A stretch of 64,000 nucleotides of DNA from Chamaesiphon sp. (lineage in GTDB: Bacteria; Cyanobacteriota; Cyanobacteriia; Cyanobacteriales; Chamaesiphonaceae). Shown here one piece after another: positions 61,189 to 64,000 of the stretch. The stretch lies in contig CBDFFH010000012.1 in NCBI GenBank assembly GCA_965246715.1, positions 96,001 through 160,000 of the forward strand, written 5' to 3'. Positions within the stretch are counted from its first letter, which is position 1. Each line of letters begins with the position of its first letter. The translations under genes were made by a program, and so were the position numbers. The notes below the pieces were generated by a model. That model saw only the letters and a list, made by a program, of their open reading frames with translations. It ran no database searches and had not been told where the DNA came from.

Positions 61189-61472
61189 CCCACACCACAG
61201 GAATCGCTGCTACCACCAGTCCCCATTTCGTCCACGGTTCAGCGGTAACGAGCAAACCAATTACATAACCCAAGTTGCTACCTATAACTTAAGCGGTTAG
61301 AAACCGCTCCTCGGAATGCAAAGTCCGGTTGTTGCCGCTCGCGGCAAAAGCCTGCCTTCGCGGACTAGCTTATTAGTCCGCGAAGGCGGACTTTGCAACA
61401 TTAGCCACGATTTCAATCGTAGGCGTTCTAAGGTAGCAACTTGGGTTACATAAGCCAGACACAAGACGATCG
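61189..61472 (-). pseudogene. Diverged duplicate of the comEC 5' end, interrupted by a MITE
   Basis: 61189-61267 plus 61447-61472 align to comEC 59189-59286 (e.g. CCAGTCCCCAT..CGTCCACGG.TC.GCGGTAACGAG; ACATAAGCCAGACACA.GACGATCG). Confidence 0.8.
61268..61446. mobile_element. 179-bp MITE with 16-bp TIRs and 6-bp target duplication TACATA
   Basis: TACATA|ACCCAAGTTGCTACCT...AGGTAGCAACTTGGGT|TACATA; the homologous empty site is visible in intact comEC. Confidence 0.85.
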
Positions 61473-61788
61473 GTCTGCCAACCTATCTGTCGCCATTGTT
61501 TTTTTAATTGGTATAACCACATCTTTAAGTCGTAATTCCAATTTTCGTTCCGAAAGGCTTCACCAAATAATTTCAGCCGTTTCCGCACACTTAATTTGGA
61601 TAATTATCGAGCGTTCTGGCGCTCTTTAGACGATCGCGACCAATCTGCAACAACCGATCGATAATCTCAGAAAGCTGGGTGCGTCAGAATGAGAGCTAAT
61701 AGCAACTGTAGGCGATCTGATATCGATCGGCATCGACCCGCTATTTGCAGATGCTAAAATCAAATAGTAGTGACTACATTCTTCAGTC

Positions 61789-62370
61789 ATGGCAGCCCTC
61801 ACTCTCAATCTAAACTCGATCTCCAATCTCAGCCGCAGTCAATTTCGGCAGATTGCCAGCGACAATCCAGATATGAAACTGGAGAGAAATAAAGCAGGAA
61901 ATCTAATTATTATGGCTCCGACAGGCGGTGAAACTGGCAGCTTTAATTCCGATCTGAATGGGCAACTGTACGTATGGAATCGCACCAGTCGATCGTCGGG
62001 TAAACTATTTGATTCATCTACTGGCTTTGAATTACCAGAAGGCGGAGATCGATCGCCCGATGTAGCTTGGATTACGATCGATAAATGGGAAGCTCTGACT
62101 CCAGAAGAACGACGGGGATTTTTGCCGCTATGTCCAGATTTTGTCATCGAGTTGATGTCGCGTTCTGATTCATGGGTGCAAACGCAAGCCAAAATGGGTG
62201 AGTATATGGAGAGCGGTTGTCGCTTGGGCTGGCTGCTAGATCCCAAGGGTAAACGTGCTGCTATTTATCGGCTGGGAAAACCACCAGAATTCTTGACTGC
62301 GCCTGAGTCGCTATCGGGTGAAGATGTATTGCCAGGATTCGTGCTCGATGCTAGGTTCTTGTGGAGCTAA
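61789..62370 (+). CDS. Uma2 family PD-(D/E)xK endonuclease
   Basis: IMAPTGGETG, FDSSTGF, RSPDVAW, CPDFVIELMS, RLGWLLDP, LSGEDVLPGF. Confidence 0.9.
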   Translation: MAALTLNLNSISNLSRSQFRQIASDNPDMKLERNKAGNLIIMAPTGGETGSFNSDLNGQLYVWNRTSRSSGKLFDSSTGFELPEGGDRSPDVAWITIDKWEALTPEERRGFLPLCPDFVIELMSRSDSWVQTQAKMGEYMESGCRLGWLLDPKGKRAAIYRLGKPPEFLTAPESLSGEDVLPGFVLDARFLWS

Positions 62371-62449
62371 GGCGATCGTAGTGTCGTTGTCATTACAAGC
62401 TGTTAGAATAGCTGTATCGATCGTTTTCAACAGACATGGCACCAACGAG

Positions 62450-62722
62450 ATGACAAACACAACGCCACGCAACACGCTAAATTTGCGAATCAAGCCAGAA
62501 GAGCGCGAGCTTATCGACATGGCAGCTAAAGTTAAGGGCAAAAATCGCACTGACTTTATTTTAGAAGCCGCTCGAAATGCTGCGGAAGAAACTTTGTTAG
62601 ATCGGACTATTTTTTGGGTGAGTCCAGCAGCATATACTGAATTTTTAGCGATTCTCGATGCCCCACCCCAACCTAACGAGCGGTTGCGTAGAACGATGCA
62701 GACTCCAGCACCGTGGGACTAA
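62450..62722 (+). CDS. DUF1778 (TacA/AtaR-like) RHH antitoxin
   Basis: LNLRIKPEERELIDMAAKVKGKNRTDFILEAAR...LDAPPQPNERLRR. Confidence 0.88.
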   Translation: MTNTTPRNTLNLRIKPEERELIDMAAKVKGKNRTDFILEAARNAAEETLLDRTIFWVSPAAYTEFLAILDAPPQPNERLRRTMQTPAPWD

Positions 62723-62725
62723 ATC

Positions 62726-63223
62726 ATGAGTCTTACCTTACCCGAACCGTTGACTAGTCAACACTTAGTAACTGATTTTGATTGTGGTATCGATGCGCTA
62801 GATGATTGGTTAAAACGCCGAGCATTCACAAATCAGACTAGCGGTGCAACCAGAACTTTTGTGACTTGTATCGATAACAAAGTCGTTGGTTATTACGCGC
62901 TTGCTTCTGGGGGGATTAGTAGTGAAGCTGCATTGGGTAAATTTCGACGCAATATGCCTAATCCGATTCCAGTAGTAATTTTAGCAAGGCTAGCGATCGA
63001 TCTTTCTTGTCAAGGAAAAGGTTTAGAACGAGCGTTATTTCGAGATGCTGGATTGAGAATCGATCGCGCGGCGGACACGATCGGGATTCGTGGGATTATC
63101 GTTCATGCAATTTCAACGGAAGCCAAGAATTTTTATGTGGCGTTAGGGTTTGGTGAATCCCCGATCGAGTCAATGACATTAATGATTACACTTAGCGATT
63201 TAAGAGCCTGTATTACTGAATAA
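62726..63223 (+). CDS. GNAT toxin (TacT/AtaT-like tRNA acetyltransferase)
   Basis: FDCG..ALDDWLKRRA, VVGYYALA, PIPVVILARLAID, VHAI...AKNFY..LGF; 3 bp after the DUF1778 gene. Confidence 0.85.
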   Translation: MSLTLPEPLTSQHLVTDFDCGIDALDDWLKRRAFTNQTSGATRTFVTCIDNKVVGYYALASGGISSEAALGKFRRNMPNPIPVVILARLAIDLSCQGKGLERALFRDAGLRIDRAADTIGIRGIIVHAISTEAKNFYVALGFGESPIESMTLMITLSDLRACITE

Positions 63224-63260
63224 AAAGGTAGGGGTAATTCAGAAATTACCCCTACCTTTT
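63223..63260. terminator. GTAG-type REP hairpin acting as a probable bidirectional terminator
   Basis: AAAAGGTAGGGGTAATT-CAGA-AATTACCCCTACCTTTT. Confidence 0.7.
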
Positions 63261-63280
63261 AGATTGAAGTGAGACTATGT

Positions 63281-64000
63281 TTATGCCTTACTTTTTGCTT
63301 CTAGATGTTCCAAACGACTTTTCAAGTCTTGATTGGTTTTCTTGACCTCTTCCAATTCCTCGCGTAATTGTTTCATCCCCTTGTCCGAACCGATTTTCTG
63401 CTGTACCTTTTGTACGCCTTCATCTGCCATTCGCTTGACGCGTCCGTCGGGGCTGTGAGTAGCGAGACTTTGCAATACAGAGATTGCTTTGGCGGTTTCC
63501 ATCTGGCTCAAGGCGTTGACTACCGCTACTTGAGTCAGGAAAAACGATTCGCGGGAGAGTTCGGATAGTTTCTCTAGAATAACGGTGAGATTTGCTTCGG
63601 ATTGACCTTTGGAAATGGCTCCAAGGGCGCGAATTGATGTCAACCGCAGGGATTGGGGTACGCCTGGTTTGACGTATTCTAGAACGGTATTTAGGGCTGT
63701 GGGCGAGTCGGTCATTTTGCTCAAACCGCCGATCGCACCACCACGGACGACTTCATTCCAACCCGATCGAGTATTCAGGACATCGATCAGGAGTTCGATC
63801 GCTTCTTCCTGCTTGTCTTTGAGGCTGGCGGTAGTCATGCCACCGAGGGAGCGACAGGCAGCGGCTTCGACGTAGTAACTTTCATCGCCAGCTTCGACTA
63901 GCTGTTTAATCGCCGCATAGGTTTCGGGGGTTTTGATGCTGGCTAATTCTTCGACGATCGCGCGCCGGACGAAGGGATCTTCATCACCGATTTCGGCGAC
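63281..64000 (-). CDS. pepN: C-terminal HEAT-repeat/coiled-coil part of a cyanobacterial M1 aminopeptidase (5' part outside the window)
   Basis: GDESYYVEAAA, GWNEVVRGGAIGGL, PQSLRLTSIRALG, DGRVKRMA, QLREELEEVKKTNQDLKSRLE; frame open to the window end. Confidence 0.75.
   Translation of the reverse strand, partial: VAEIGDEDPFVRRAIVEELASIKTPETYAAIKQLVEAGDESYYVEAAACRSLGGMTTASLKDKQEEAIELLIDVLNTRSGWNEVVRGGAIGGLSKMTDSPTALNTVLEYVKPGVPQSLRLTSIRALGAISKGQSEANLTVILEKLSELSRESFFLTQVAVVNALSQMETAKAISVLQSLATHSPDGRVKRMADEGVQKVQQKIGSDKGMKQLREELEEVKKTNQDLKSRLEHLEAKSKA

Overview
Cyanobacterial chromosomal window. It carries photosynthesis genes acsF, apcF, cpcS, nblA, petF, bvdR and an hli, and has very dense CGATCG/GCGATCGC (HIP1-type) sites; the style suggests a Chamaesiphon-like organism (inference). 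Positions 1-7631 hold a guanidine-assimilation locus: a canonical NtcA promoter, a guanidine-I riboswitch, cgdA-cgdB (DUF1989 pair), a truncated Rieske-oxygenase-like ORF, and a guanidine/urea carboxylase running off the window start. An opposite-strand Rpn-like + HNH islet splits this locus, and a stand-alone allophanate-hydrolase C-terminal domain gene lies upstream. The middle is mostly housekeeping and pigment/light-stress genes, including unlisted short genes nblA and pmp3/yqaE. A decay zone at 34.7-36.9 kb holds an rtcB pseudogene, a deleted group II intron RT/HNH and a LuxR fragment. There are two type II TA pairs, recA with a near-consensus promoter, nucA, and comEC with a displaced duplicate of its 5' end flanking a trypsin-TPR gene. 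The intergenic DNA holds many nested MITE/REP/21-nt elements, some with readable target-site duplications. Best candidates for poorly described systems: an Rpn-like gene with an internal in-frame start next to an HNH nuclease; a Rieske-less oxygenase-like domain co-transcribed with ftsH; and a divergent ferritin-like diiron enzyme / wHTH-GNAT pair. No rRNA, tRNA or CRISPR array was recognised. All family calls come from motif recognition by eye, not from database searches.
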